Below, piece by piece: positions 1-13,012 of a DNA stretch of 56,880 nt (within the stretch, counting starts at the first letter, position 1; the number at the start of each line of letters is the position of its first letter). The notes under the pieces are model-generated. The model ran no database searches and had not been told where the DNA came from. It saw nothing but the letters and a program-made list of their open reading frames with translations. Both the position numbers and the translations under genes were made by a program. This stretch comes from Vezdaea acicularis. Lineage: Eukaryota. The stretch lies in assembly GCA_026025075.1 (NCBI GenBank), contig JAPEUI010000049.1:62001-118880 (forward strand), given 5' to 3'.

Positions 1-1707
1 GGCAACGGCCGAGAACACCACCTGAAACCTATCTGAATCTTCCTGAGAAGCAAGGTTTGCGCAAGCACCAATGACGGCAACTTTGACGGGAGTTGGGCGG
101 TCTTCTCGCAAAGAGTTTTCTACAATACTTCTCACTGCGCCGTCGATATCTAGACGAGCTAAGGCGGCGAACGCTGCAATTGCCAACTGAAGGTCATGGC
201 TGCTGTCTTCCACCTTGGTCCACGCATTGCTGGTATGCTCTAGTACCTCTGCCTGGACATCGAGTGCGAAACTAGACAAGGCGGATACTGTATTCATAGA
301 GAATCGGCTCGCTTCTAAGCATAGCCATACGAGGCAGAATGCAGCGGCATGATGGTTATGCTTAGAATCCAGGCCCTTTCGGAGACCTTGAAGAAATGCT
401 GCTTTCCTAGCAACTTGGCTACTCTTCGGGGTGCTCATGCTTCCCGCGACTTCAAAAGCTTCTGGGCTTAGCAGCACCAACGCTGTCTGCATTGGCCAAA
501 TTCTGCCTTTCCTGTTCGTCCTGTCGTCGTTGATAGCACTAGTCATACCAAAGAGCACGTCGGCACCAAGGATCCCTTTGCTATTTGAAGAGTGGAGAGA
601 TGCAAACTCTGCCGGATTTGCCGCAATCCATCGAGCAACCGTTCCAGGTAGGAGAATCGCAATTGCATTCTGCGCAGTCTTTCTCAAGTTCAAAAAGCAA
701 CCGCAGAGTTCTTGGATCACTAGACTTAGTTGCCTGCTTGTGACTCGGAAATGTATCATAACTTGCAGAGCTGCCAAAAGGCAAGCTTCATCCGCCTCAG
801 CTGTGGCTTCGAGACCATTGACTCCAGCTGGATTGGCGCTCGAAGATAATGCTCGTAAAACATTTTGATAGTACGTGAAAGCTACCGGCCAATTTGATAA
901 AGATATGTAACCCAGGATGGTTGATGATGCTTTGTTAAGCGTGGTCAAGGAGCTAGCTGGCTGGTCTTCAGGTTGTTCCTCGTGCTGCATATGGATGATC
1001 ACATCATTGGGTAGCTGTATGACATTATCCAGGAGCCATGAGGAAGGAAGCTCAGTAGGTAGGGGGCTTGCAAGCCGTACGACAGCTTCCAAAAGTTGCC
1101 TGGCCTGACCATCGTTGAGAGAGTCGAGCCCGCTTGTTGATTCTCCTGAGATGCTGTTGACAGAAAAGACATCCACTTTTGCATGCACACCACTTTGCGT
1201 GACCGTAGTTGCTTCAGAGAGTACGGATGATGTATCATCAGCGCTACCTTTCTTTGATTTACTCCGCTCCGCTTCAAGCGGTGCTGCTTCCCTCCTCGCT
1301 GAACAACAGTCTGCAAGCAGCTCAATGAGGTATAACTCAGAGCACCAAATATATGTTCCATCCGTCCGAGGGGCCTTTGATTGCTATTGAGCCATCAGTA
1401 TGAACCTTGTGCCAGACAACAGATATGCACTCATAAGGCATGCTCGCGCACCTTATATAGATCATCCAAGAGTGGGAGTAGAGCGCCAACTAAGGCGTCT
1501 ATTGAGGTTTTGCTAGAATCCACGAGGGTCTCCTTCGTGAGCACCACGAGCTCGTCAACGCGGACATCGTCGATTTCGGAGCCAGTTCGATATGGAAGCT
1601 GGAATATGTCAATTAAGTATCAATGGGTGCAGAAATTGAGAGAAACTGCGCACTTTCGTTGCAAGACGGTCGACCAAACTCTGTACTAGCCGATTGTCAC
1701 CTTCCAT
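1..1707 (-). CDS. Neurofibromin/Ira1-Ira2-like Ras GTPase-activating protein, N-terminal part (runs off the left edge)
   Basis: Manual minus-strand translation: MEGDNRLVQSLVDRLATK|LPYRTG...LLDDLYK|...SELYLIELLADCC...YISLSNWPVAF...LVIQELCGCFLNLRK...IWPMQTALVLLSPEAF, open to position 1. GT-AG introns at ~1599-1653 and ~1384-1451. Resembles the N-terminus of fungal neurofibromin-like RasGAPs; the GAP domain is outside the window. Confidence 0.75.
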
Positions 1708-2480
1708 TGCCGGTATAGTGTATGCTGTAGTCCATGGATATCGTAGCAAGGTTGAGGGGCAGGACAACGGCGCCAGGTGTTGCCCATTAGTAGGAGGAAA
1801 GAGTGCAGTAACCGCTTATTGAATGATATCGAGTAGTATATATAAGCTATACAGGCCACTGCTGTAACGTACCGAAGGAGTGATGGAGTTACAAAGAATC
1901 TGCATTGAGCGATTGCTAAACTTGATGCTTAAGTTACGGCTTTTCAAACTTAAAATCTAGGGCTACGCATGCGCGTTGACACGCGATAGTCCCGCATGGC
2001 GGGAATTTTATCTAGAAATAAGCTGAACCGGTCAAGCATATATTAATGGGCACGGTGCAAAGCCTGTGATAGATTGATTAGGTCATACTTTCAATATATT
2101 CGGATATGCCGTTGCACGTCGTTACATACGCTCCAGCTCAAAACGAGTGCGACACAAGGACTTGCGCGAATCCTTCAGAAGGTAGGCCAATTAGCAAATT
2201 CTCATTCACTCTTCACGTACAACAGACATGGCTTCAATGTCTTATGAGCTACATGACATGGTCGCGTTCTATGTTACAAAGATATAACTCTTGGCCAATG
2301 CGAATCCTACTTCCGACAGCTCAAAGCCCAAGACCTGATCCCGTATAAAGACTACACGTGCTATATAACAACGCCAGGAGACTTGAGGAATCGTCCATGT
2401 ATAAGTAGCATTAAAACCCATTCGTACCATCTGCTAGCAACATGCGCTTTGTAGAGAATGTTCCGCATCATTTACTCGTC

Positions 2481-5400
2481 TCAAAAGTCATCAGAATCGT
2501 CGCTTGCTTCACTCTCTTCTTCACTATCGATCCATGCTGGTTTTTTCCTCGTAGCTGCAGCAGCACGACGAGCAGGTCGACCCAGAGCACGTGGAGGTGA
2601 AGAATCCATCTCAGGTTTCGCTGGAGGAGAAGATGCCAAGAGTTCGTTGATCTCATCGTCGTCATCATGATCCTCAATTTTCTTCTTCGCTGGCTTTGAA
2701 GTAGTAGTAGCCACTGAGCCTTTATTAGACACCGGAGCTACTCTCTTCGCTGGGGGTTTCTTAGGTGCAGCTTTAGCAGCTGCTTTTCCAGTCATTTTCG
2801 ATACCTTCACGATGGGTTTAGAATCAAACTGCATGGAATCGTCTTCACCATCCGAGATTATGGTAGGACGAATACCGGCAGAAGCTAGTGATTTGCGGGG
2901 AGAGGATACTGGAACCAACTTAGAGAAGTCTGTTTCATCATCAGAAAGGTCGGTAATCCGCCTTGTCTTCTGGCTTGCCTGCCGAAGTCCGGCGCTGCTG
3001 CCAGGTCGAGACATCGAGGCCGAAAATAGTGGCCTACTTCCGGCAGCTGGGTTGCCTCCAATACCTTTAACCATTTTACTAACATCTCCTAGCATATCAT
3101 CTCCATTGTCACCGTCAGACTCGCTCGTGAGCTCGTATTTCACGGGCTTAGTCGCGGCCTTGCGTTGTTGCCGCCCACCGCCGGGTACTGTCATAGCATT
3201 TTGCGAGACAGTACCGAGATTGTCGATATCTAGAGGTTCAACTGGGTCTGAAGCGCCGTCAAGCTGATCCATTGGCACCGCATCCGCGATTTGGGATTTG
3301 GTGACACCAGCTTTAGGGGCAGCTGGGGCCGCAGGCTTCTGTTGCTTATTCAGAGGGATCTTTGGCTTAAGGTAGTCAAAGGCTCCTCCCTTAGCCTGTA
3401 TCTTCTTCACAGCAGCTTTCTTTGGCTTAGCCCCCTCGAAGTCGGAATCATCTGCGTCGTCACCAGCAGCTTTGCGCTTCTTCGCACCGAGCCCTTTGGC
3501 GCCAATCTTTAGCTTGTTGGAAGCACGCCGGCCAAGGTTGGCAATTTTTCTGGATCGCTTCGCATCATCTTCGAGCTGGAAATTCCATTCGGAAATGAAG
3601 TCGTCAAGGTCTTTGCTCCAAATATCCTTGGGACTTAGTGCTGTCAGGACTGAAATCTCTTCTTCCTTATCACCAATCTGGCGGAGGAGCTTTTCGACTC
3701 GTTCCTGTGTGAGCGACCAAATTGCCATCTATACATATTAGTAATGTGTAATCATACACAAGAATAAGACTTACGCCGAGCAAGTAATCGTAGTCATTCG
3801 CTCCTGGTTCCGTGTCTTCCGCGGCATCATCTTCATTTTCCAGGGTCTCTTCAGTTTCACCTTCCTTGCTCGCATCGGCAACTTTCGGAAACGGTCTGAA
3901 GCCTTTCGCCTTGAGCTCTGAGACCAACACAGCCTTCTTCTTTTTAGAGACTACGAGTTTTCCATCAATAATCATCTTGATAAACCTAGCTTGATTCGTT
4001 AACTTCTCAAGCTGATTCTGCAAATCTCCAAGTTGATATTGCTGTTTTCACGTCAGTACAAAGATTCAAGGAAGCCAGAGTAAAGCTTACCTTTCGCCTC
4101 TGGTACATCTCAAGTCGCATCCAATAGAAGTCTCTTAGGATCTCATCCACAGAGGCGTATCTTCGAAGTCTACCTTCTCGGTCAAAGGCCACCATGTTAG
4201 AGGTTGCAAGTGTCTTTGACAATTTGAACTTCTCTTCCAAGCCATCCTCAAGCGTCTTTTTCATGTGCTTTTCCTCCATTTGTATGACGAAGTGTACTTT
4301 GACGTGTGTGTTGTAGTCAGCATAATCCTTGATGAACGAAGGAACCTTTTCCGCCTTGATAGTTTCTTCAAGTTTATCCTTGAAATCCTGCGTCCACGAG
4401 CGAATAGGCAATTCAGTAACTTCCACTTCTGTGTCCCCAGTTTGTCTGACAATGCCTGTAAACTTGTACCTATCCGGTGCGATCTTCGTAACCTCGCCTT
4501 TGAACCCCCGGAACCAGGGTTTCATCTCGGTTGGTTCTTCGTCCCTCATTAAGCGACGTAGATTATCAACGATCTCCTCAGGGTTATAATTGGGAATGGA
4601 AGTGCTCCATCCCGTTCCAATGCCGTCAGCGCCATTGATGAGTATCATTGGCACAACAGGGCAGTAAACCACGGGCTCAATCTTCCTTTCATCATCGAGG
4701 TTGTAATCCAGAAGCGGGTCGTCGAGTGGGGAGAATATCTTCCTAGCAAAAGGAGAGAGGCGCGTGTAGATGTACCTAGCGCTGGCACAGTCGCTACCTC
4801 CTTGCAGACGGCTACCAAAGTTACCGCTTGGTTCCAAGCAATTGATGTTGTTAGCGCCGACAAAGGTCTGAGCCAGGCCTACAATCGTTTGCTGCAGTGA
4901 TGCCTCACCGTGTTGATAGGCTGTCGAGCCAGAGACAAGACCTGCAATATCTGCAACTTTTCTATCTTTCACGATCTTTCTTTTGAAACACACATGAAGG
5001 ATCTTGCGCTGGCCAGGTTTAAGGCCGTCCACTACTGAAGGTATTGAACGAATGTTGTCAGCCATACTGAAGAGAATAAGCTCCCGGTTCACGAAGTCTG
5101 TATACGTGATTTTACTGGCGGAATGATCAAGGTATGTTCCTGGTTTGAACTGACGAAGCCACTCTTTCCTTTCATCAGCCTTCTTTTTCGAGAACGCCAG
5201 TTCAATTAGCTTGTCCTCGCCCTCCTTCATGGTATGAAATTCTTTCAAATGGCGATCTAGGTCTTGGAAATAGGCTTGGCCTTCATCTGTGGAACTTGTC
5301 CCAAGACCCTTGTAGTATTTATGCTCCCAACCTCGCTCATGCTTGTGGGCTTCCTTCCACTCTTGATATTCCGGCATCGAGAAGAATGACTTGGACTTGG

Positions 5401-7649
5401 TAGGATGCTTAGGATCCCCCTTATAAACCTTCACGATGGGAGTGATGAATTCAATCAAGAATTCAGGGATTCTCAGCAAACTAGGGAACGTGCACTGGAG
5501 AAAGTTAATCAGCAGGCCTTTGATATGACTACCATCGTGATCCTGGTCGGTCATGATCATCAGGTGACCATAACGTAAAGACTTGGTGTCCTCGTACTCC
5601 CTTTTATGTTGAAGGCCAAGAAATTTTTTGATGTTCTGGATCTCCGAGTTCTTCTGTATTTGGTCGATTGAGGCGTCTCGGACATTAAGAAGCTTGCCTC
5701 GAAGTGGGAAAACACCAAACTCGTCCGGTCCAACGATAGCTCTGCCAGCCATAGCAAGGCCCTTAGCTGAGTCACCTTCTGTCAAAATAAGAGTGCATTT
5801 CCAACCCTCTCTTGTTCCAGCCTTGTTTGCATCTGTCAATTTGGGGTTGTCCATTCGCGCTCGCCGGCTACCATCGGATTTCTTTAAAACCTGATCAGCC
5901 TTCTGTTGAGCGAAATGGAGGATATTATTGACGGCTTCGGTCTTTGCGATCTTCTTGAGAAACTCATCGCTAACTGCGCACTTGCTTCCGAAAGCACTTG
6001 CTTTAGTGGTCAATTGCTCTTTAGTCTGAGATGTGAATGCCGGATTGTTTATTAGGCAATTAACAAAGAGAAAGATATGGTTACGGATCTGATTGTTCTT
6101 CAGGGTCACCCCTTTGGGATTCTTCTTCTTGACAATCTCCATGAGCTTATTGACAATCTGGTCTCCCACATAATTGACGTGTGTACCCCCGGAGGTTGTA
6201 GCGATAGAATTGACGAATGAAACTTGTTGGAATGATCCGTCGGACACGGCAAATCCGATCTCCCACCTCACGTCAGGGGTATCGGTAATGACAGCGGTGT
6301 TCGCAGCGTCCTCTGGGTTCTCTAGATTTCGCTCCTTATTTATTGCCTTCGCATACATTTCCATGTACTGCTTGAAATTTCGAATCTTGATACGTTCCCC
6401 ATTAAGAGCGACTTTGACGCCATGGCATGTACCCGCGAGATCATAGACCCGCCGCTTCACGAGAGCTTCGAAATCATCATCGATACCATCCATACCAAAC
6501 TTCGAAAAATCTGGTTTGAAAGTAACTTTGGTATAGTCGTCGGATTTATTCGATGTGATCTTCGCTTTGCCCATTTTTCCCATGTTATCGGTCCACGTCT
6601 GCCTGTATTTCTGCTTTGAGCGGGAATCCGCTGTTTCGACCGTGAATTCCGTGCTGAAAATGTTACAGAGCTTTGCACCGTAACCATTGCGACCACCAGT
6701 TACTTTGTCGGTCTGGTCATCGTAATTCGAGGATGTCAGCAGGTGTCCGAAGATCATTTCTGGAATGTAGATTCCCTCTTTTGCGTGGATCTCAATCGGG
6801 ATACCACGTCCGTTGTTATAGACGCTAATCTCTCCATTTTCTCGGCTAACCGTGACTTTGATGGTGTCCATGTTCTTATCGTTCTGCTTATTATCCGCAG
6901 CGTTGACGAGAATCTCGTCGAAGATTTTATATAATCCGGGAACATAGTGCACCTCCCTCATCACCATACTCTCTGTGACACTATTGAAAACCCACATTTG
7001 CCTATCAGTCCGTTCAACGGAGCCAATGTACGTATCCGGTCTTTTAAGGATATGTTCTAATTGCGTAAGCTATCACTTTGGCGTCAGTAGTGTTTTAGGC
7101 CACTCTGCTTCCCATACTCACCTTAGTGTACTTTTGCGTAGCTCCACTGTCAGCCTTCAAGTTCGGCATTGGATCGCCGCTTCCATCGAAGCCAGATACA
7201 TCGTTGTCTAGAGGCTGCAGAGGTTTTCCTCCCTGCTTCTTGGCTGCAGGTGCTTTCTTCTGTTTCTTTGCGCTCGGCGGGGTGACCGACATGAACGAGT
7301 CGTCAAGCACAGAATCCATTGCCGTTTCGGACGCTTCATCCTCGGGGTCAGGATGTGAGCGTTTCTTCGAAGCCGCTGCTTTAGGCTTAAGGGTCGTTTG
7401 TGTCGGGTTCTTCGCTGCTGGTTTCGTTGATGGTTTCGCTGCTGGTTTAGAAGCGGCCTTAGCCTTGGGAGCGGCGGTTTTCTTGGGTGCTGCTTTTGCA
7501 GCTTTTGATTTAGGTTTCTAGAATTGAATGTGCATTAGCGAAAGCCTTCATCACCCCTTTACAGAAAGGGATATGCTGACAACCGGAGAGAAGGTATCAG
7601 AATCCCCTTCAAGGTCAAAGACGGAATCATCCATCATAGAAGAATCCAT
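2481..7649 (-). CDS. TOP2: DNA topoisomerase II
   Basis: GHKL ATPase (EILVNAADN, GGRNGYGAK), TOPRIM (LTEGDSA, PLRGKLLN, IMTDQDHDGSHI), catalytic ASARYIYT and a basic/acidic C-terminal tail. Start MDSSMMDDSVFD at 7649; introns ~7518-7580, 7070-7121, 4042-4090, 3729-3774. Confidence 0.98.
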
Positions 7650-9524
7650 TCTGGAACGGTTCGCGCTTGGCGTTGTAGGAGTAGTATGCCGTGCAATAGC
7701 CCAAGAGTTCCCAAAAGACAATTATTGAGACTTGTGACCTAAATAACGTCGTCCCAAAAGGTATTCAAGCCCTACCATATCCTGAAATGCTGGATAATCG
7801 CCTCTAGAAAGCGCGAGTTGTTTGTTTTCGTGTTCGCTTAGGCAAGTTGTACCTGGCGGCTATGATTGCCGCGAGCGAGTAGCGTGTGTTGACCCCTGCG
7901 TTGCGCATTCGGCTATATTGATACACATGCAAACAAGATCTGAGTATCATCACCTCCGATCCAAAATTAAATGGGAACCATGCCTAGACCAACTACATCA
8001 CTCAGTGCTCAATCTCCACCTAGTTTCGTGAGTGTCTTGTACATGACGGACAAAGGATTGCTCCAGACAGTTCAGCAATATTTGCTTTTTAGTAGTATTC
8101 AATCTAGAGTCATCAAACCATAACAGTCATGAGATAAAATCTGTTGTTGGAACATTTGCAGCGCCATTCACTTCTTCGTTATTCGCTTCACTCCTCTTCG
8201 GTCACCAAACCTCCTCCACAGATGATGTCATATGTTACGACGCTACATCGGCCGGTTGTGTATTACTCAACTTAGGTCTTCTTACGAGTGGAGTGCAGAA
8301 GTCCGAGCAAGCCTTAGAAGATAAGATGCTTGAGTCTGAGCTCTAAATTCTTTGCAATTGCAATCTGATAAGCTATGCTGAACTCTAAAAATCCTCATGA
8401 AAAATATACGGTTGAAGCTGAGGAGGTGACTTGACCCCTTGACCCAAGGAATTCAAATACTCTTCACTAAACGCCAACACAGTCAGGCTTCTGCGCGTAT
8501 GGGAGGTGAGTTTTGAGGTCAAGAAATACGATCTACAGCCCTTTCGCAAGTAACAAAGTTTTGTTGTCGATCAGCAGAAACTGCTAAATCCTGCGATCAA
8601 GCTTTGCATCTGGTTTATGAGTCGCGATGTCGACTCGAGATACGGCCAATGACACGCAGCATCTTCGTCAGCATTCTCATATCATGAAGATGGTGATGCA
8701 AGGCTTAGGCCTCCAACGGTACAAGAGTTTCCAACGCTTTGTGAAGCTCATGATATCATGATCCCGATTTGCTCAAAGACTGTGAAGCCGGGACGGAGAC
8801 TCAAATATTGATTCTCAAAGTGTAATTCGTTATGCTTCGTTGTGTAAAGCAAGGCAGTGTCAAAGATCCTGAAAGACATGAGACCGATTCATTGTAGCAA
8901 CACAGAGCTTACGGAATCTGAATTTTGAAACTCCATGATGAGCTCTCCATGGGGTGCTGGACGCATTCGTGCGGCGCGAAATGGACGTGTTTGGCCCAAT
9001 CGCGACCCCAACCCCATCTTAGCGATGCTTGGCGCGGCATGGAGCTTGTGCCCCTGAAACCCATATGCCTAAGCGAATAGACCGGGGTCTTCCCCCCTCG
9101 TTTGATCGTGATGCTTTCCGTGCCTCTCCTCAATCAGCACGGTTTGATTCTGTCCTACCATGATTGCGTGACAGATGTTCCGGCGTAGCTGTCAATGATC
9201 GCTAGTCACTCCTTTACCATCCCACATCGGTCTTCCTGAGAGAGATTTTCGGCATACATTCTCTTTGCCGATCCTCCATCGTCACTCCTTATTTTGGGAG
9301 AGGCCCTCATTCATTACTTGATCTTTTGGCTACGCTACCATTTCACGAACACTTTACTGAGCTTTCCCTTGATCGACGTTTCATATTTGAGTTATTCACA
9401 CAATTTTCTTGTCTTGGAGCATCGTGCAATCTACGCATGTTTCTTGACGGAGCTCGGGTCTCTAGCATTCCAACCCATTGCCTGAAACACCATATCCCGC
9501 TTTCATATCAAAGAGCATACTCAA

Positions 9525-12500
9525 ATGACTGTACACGGGATGGAGCGACCTAACTCGCAACACGAAACTGACCACGAGGACGAGCAACCCGCAAAATCTT
9601 CTACACACGTACAAATCAATGAGAATCTGGTGTCAACAGACTCTATGGTGACAGTTCAGTTGTCAAGTCCAGAAATTCAACCAGAAGATATTCCGCTACC
9701 AGAGGACACTGCTCCATTACTTGAAATCGATACCAATATCACACTGGAAGCCGCACTTTCAAGCGAAGAGGATTCGCCGGAGATAGAAAGCACAACACCC
9801 TGTACTGAATTTCAAGACGTGGACGATATAAACCATACGATTCTGGCTGATCCGGTGACAATACAAGAAGTCGCTGCTGTCGAAGAGGAGGGTTCTATTA
9901 GGGACGAAAGCCCAAAGACGGTCCCACGATCGCGAAGTAATAGTGGAGGTACTGAGATAGACTGGGACGAGCTGGAGCGCAACGAAGAACAAGAACCTCG
10001 AGATGAAGGATCAGACGAGGTTCGTACAATTCATGTGAGCGTGTTCAAAGAATCGATAAGCTGACCAGGCTTCTAGTCGACTGCGTTCCTCCTAGCTAGG
10101 CTAGAGCAAGAGAATAACGCCTTAGCAACCAACCCCAAGGCTGGGCTGTCCAAGTCGCCGAGCCCAGCAGCTCGTCCAAAAGGGCATTCCAGGCCCCCTT
10201 CAATACAGCATCTCAAGAAACTGGTTCACGAAACTCCGCCGCCGTCTCTTCGATATTCTCAACTACCGGCTCCCCCTCCTATGACTGAGCTTGAATTTTA
10301 CACAGCTCTTGTCACGGATTACAAGAGGACTGCACAATGTCTCCCCACGTTGCTATCGAAGAAGGTCCGAGGCGGCATTCCCCCACCTCTTAGAGGGATG
10401 GTCTGGCAGAGCATGGCGGGATCAAGGGATCTACTGTTGGAAGACCAATATGACAGATTGGCTGAGGAATCGAGCCCTTATGAAGGCATGATTGGGAAAG
10501 ATATTGGTCGAAGCTTTCCCGGTGTTGATATGTTCAAGGATTCAAACGGCGATGGCCAACGTATGCTCGGACGAGTACTAAAGGCCTTTAGCCTTTACGA
10601 CCACAAGATTGGGTACTGCCAAGGTCTTGGGTTCATAGTGGGCCCTCTGCTCATGCACATGGGCGAAAAGGAGGCATTCTGCATCCTTGTCCGGTATGGC
10701 TCCTTGGCCTGTTACTCTCAATCAAACTAATCCTTGAGCAGATTGATGGAACAGTATGACCTACGTTCATGTTTCCTGCCCGATCTCTCTGGCCTACACT
10801 TGAGAATCTTTCAATTTTCACGCCTTCTCGCACAGCATCTACCTACCCTGTCGACACATTTCGAAAAGCTACAGATAGAGCCAGCTTATGTATCGCAATG
10901 GTTCCTCTCATTCTTCGCCGTCACCTGTCCCCTTCCAATGCTCTTTAGAATTTACGATGTCATATTCGCGGAAGGAGCCTCTGAAACAATAATGCGGGTG
11001 GCTTTATCTTTGATGCGTCGGAATGAAATCAAATTGCTAGGGTTCACCGAGTTTGAGGATGTCATGCAGTTCCTCCTCTCACGTTCGCTCTGGAATACCT
11101 ATTCATGCAACGCCGATGACCTCGTGAACGACTTCGTTGGTCTAACGGGTATAGTGACGAGAGAGAGTCTGCAGGCGTTGGAAACTAGCTTCAAGGACAG
11201 TCAACCTGGAGATGCGGCATCGAAGGTTGTCCCTCTCCCGGACCTACAAGCGGCAGCATCGCGATTCCTTGGTAGGATTTGGGCGGGATCGAACTCCTCA
11301 ACAAAATCGGTCACACTCAGCCCTGGACTTTCTGCACCCTCAAGGCCAGCTAGCTTCTTGCGACGGACGCCTTCGAAGCAAAGCCTTGCCTCTACCTTGA
11401 ACTCCATAGAAGGAAAGTCAGAGAGCGTGGCCAGTGGTGTGCCCACAGAGGCAACCACGATGTCTCGAGATTCGTCTGCTGACTCGGCTTCGGTAAAATC
11501 TGCGTCGGATTCTTTGACGATATCAACAATCTCAGTTCGAAAGACTGCGCCGAGCAAGGACAGAGATCTGCACGGGCAGATTGAGGATTTGTTGACCGCT
11601 TTAAGCGAGATGCAGAAAGACCAAGCCCTACTCGCGGGCGAGCTACAGAGAGAACGTGAGGAACGAGATGAGGACCGGAGGACAGTCTGCTCTCTTCTCA
11701 AAGGTATGAAAGCTTCAGAGCCTTCAGATACTCTAGACGCACTGGAGGATGACTTGAAGGCATCTGAAGACGTCTCAGATGGAGAGACCATCGTAGTTCC
11801 TACCGAGGAGAAATCAAAGAATCTACCGGCGTTGATAAAGAGCGTTGAAGACAGGTTTTCTTCTCGAAGATCCCGAATATCAGCCATCCTAGAGACCAAA
11901 CAGCAGCTTCGAAACGAGATTGCAAGGGTCAAGGAACAATACGACCTAGAGCAGGTCCGCTCTCGAACCCTCGATCGACAGCTCACTGAGAAAGAGCAAG
12001 AGCTTGTCAATGCTAAAGAGGATCTCAGAGAGGCTCGAGCACGAGTGCAAGAGAGCAATCAGCGGCTAGAAAAGGAGAGGCTCGACAATCACAAGAGCGG
12101 TAAGAAGGCGACTTCTCCTTCAGAGAGCGGCGACCGAGTAAAGAAGACAAGCAGCCGTGACAGCTCAGCTAACCGCAACTCTGCTTACGGCGGGTTGAGA
12201 GAGCTCAAGCTGGGCAGACCTGACTCCATGCGCTCACCTCAACAGTCATCTACGTTCGCAAAGCGCTCAAGCAGCCTCGCGACGCAGACTATCCTTGCCA
12301 CAGACAATCATGCCCCCGCAAGTCCAGACACACTCCTTGTTGAGCTCGTCAACGCGAAAACTGCCGAAGCTGTCGCGAAGCAGGAAGCAGAGGAAGCTAA
12401 GGCAAAACTTGAGGCGTTAAGAAAGATGCTTGGACCCGCGACAAGCTCGGCTGGGACCGCCGCTGCTGGCCATCGGCCCAGTCCCAGTCAGCCTAACATC

Positions 12501-12671
12501 GAGCGGAGCGCAACCATGAGCGCGTTCAGTTCTTACATCAACTCCAATTCATCCAGGACACCGGATCTGCCCAAAGCTCAGCCGGCGCAAGCACCAGCGA
12601 TTACTACATCCAGCGGCGGCTTCTGGAGTAGCTGGGGAAAGAGGAACGTCTCGGCAGCTGAAGCCCGGTGA
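9525..12671 (+). CDS. TBC-domain Rab GTPase-activating protein (Gyp5-like) with C-terminal coiled coil
   Basis: GIPPPLRGMVWQ, IGKDIGRSFP (Arg finger), IGYCQGLGF (Gln finger), YVSQWFLSFF. Introns ~10020-10076 and ~10694-10741. Start could be 9525 or 9540. Confidence 0.9.
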
Positions 12672-13012
12672 TGTCTCTGGTGTGGCGCTCTTGCCCTTTT
12701 TGTACCCGTGTATTTTTCCAGTTTTGGTGGGCTCTTTCAGCGTGCACACTTTGTTCTATTCACCTTCGCTTCATCGGGATGCTAATTGTGTCGTAAGCCA
12801 CGTTTTTGTGCATCTTTGATCCAATGTAGGGCCGGATGTCAGGGCAATGTGAATCATATTACTCTTCAATTGTCTTCCATTTGCCGCATTATAGTGAATT
12901 GTGACAGCATGCTCCTTATCTATCTTTCCCCAAACGCAAGACCGTCCTGGTTCTTTCTTTTTCCCCTCCATCCTCAGCTCTAATACTCTGCACTCGACAA
13001 AGACTCTATATT

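Noticed and set aside
2472..2483. TOP2 TGA followed in frame by GAC GAG TAA (possible readthrough)
   Set aside because: Only two extra acidic codons and no TGA-CTA readthrough context; more likely a recent stop shift with no function.
8748..8761. 14-bp perfect palindrome TCATGATATCATGA
   Set aside because: Single occurrence; a palindrome of this length is not unexpected by chance in 57 kb.
11201..12058. Long antisense ORFs (also at 2812-3267 and 16969-17556) and the alternate-frame ORF at 55159-56151
   Set aside because: Shadows of real genes, caused by codon bias and low-complexity sequence.
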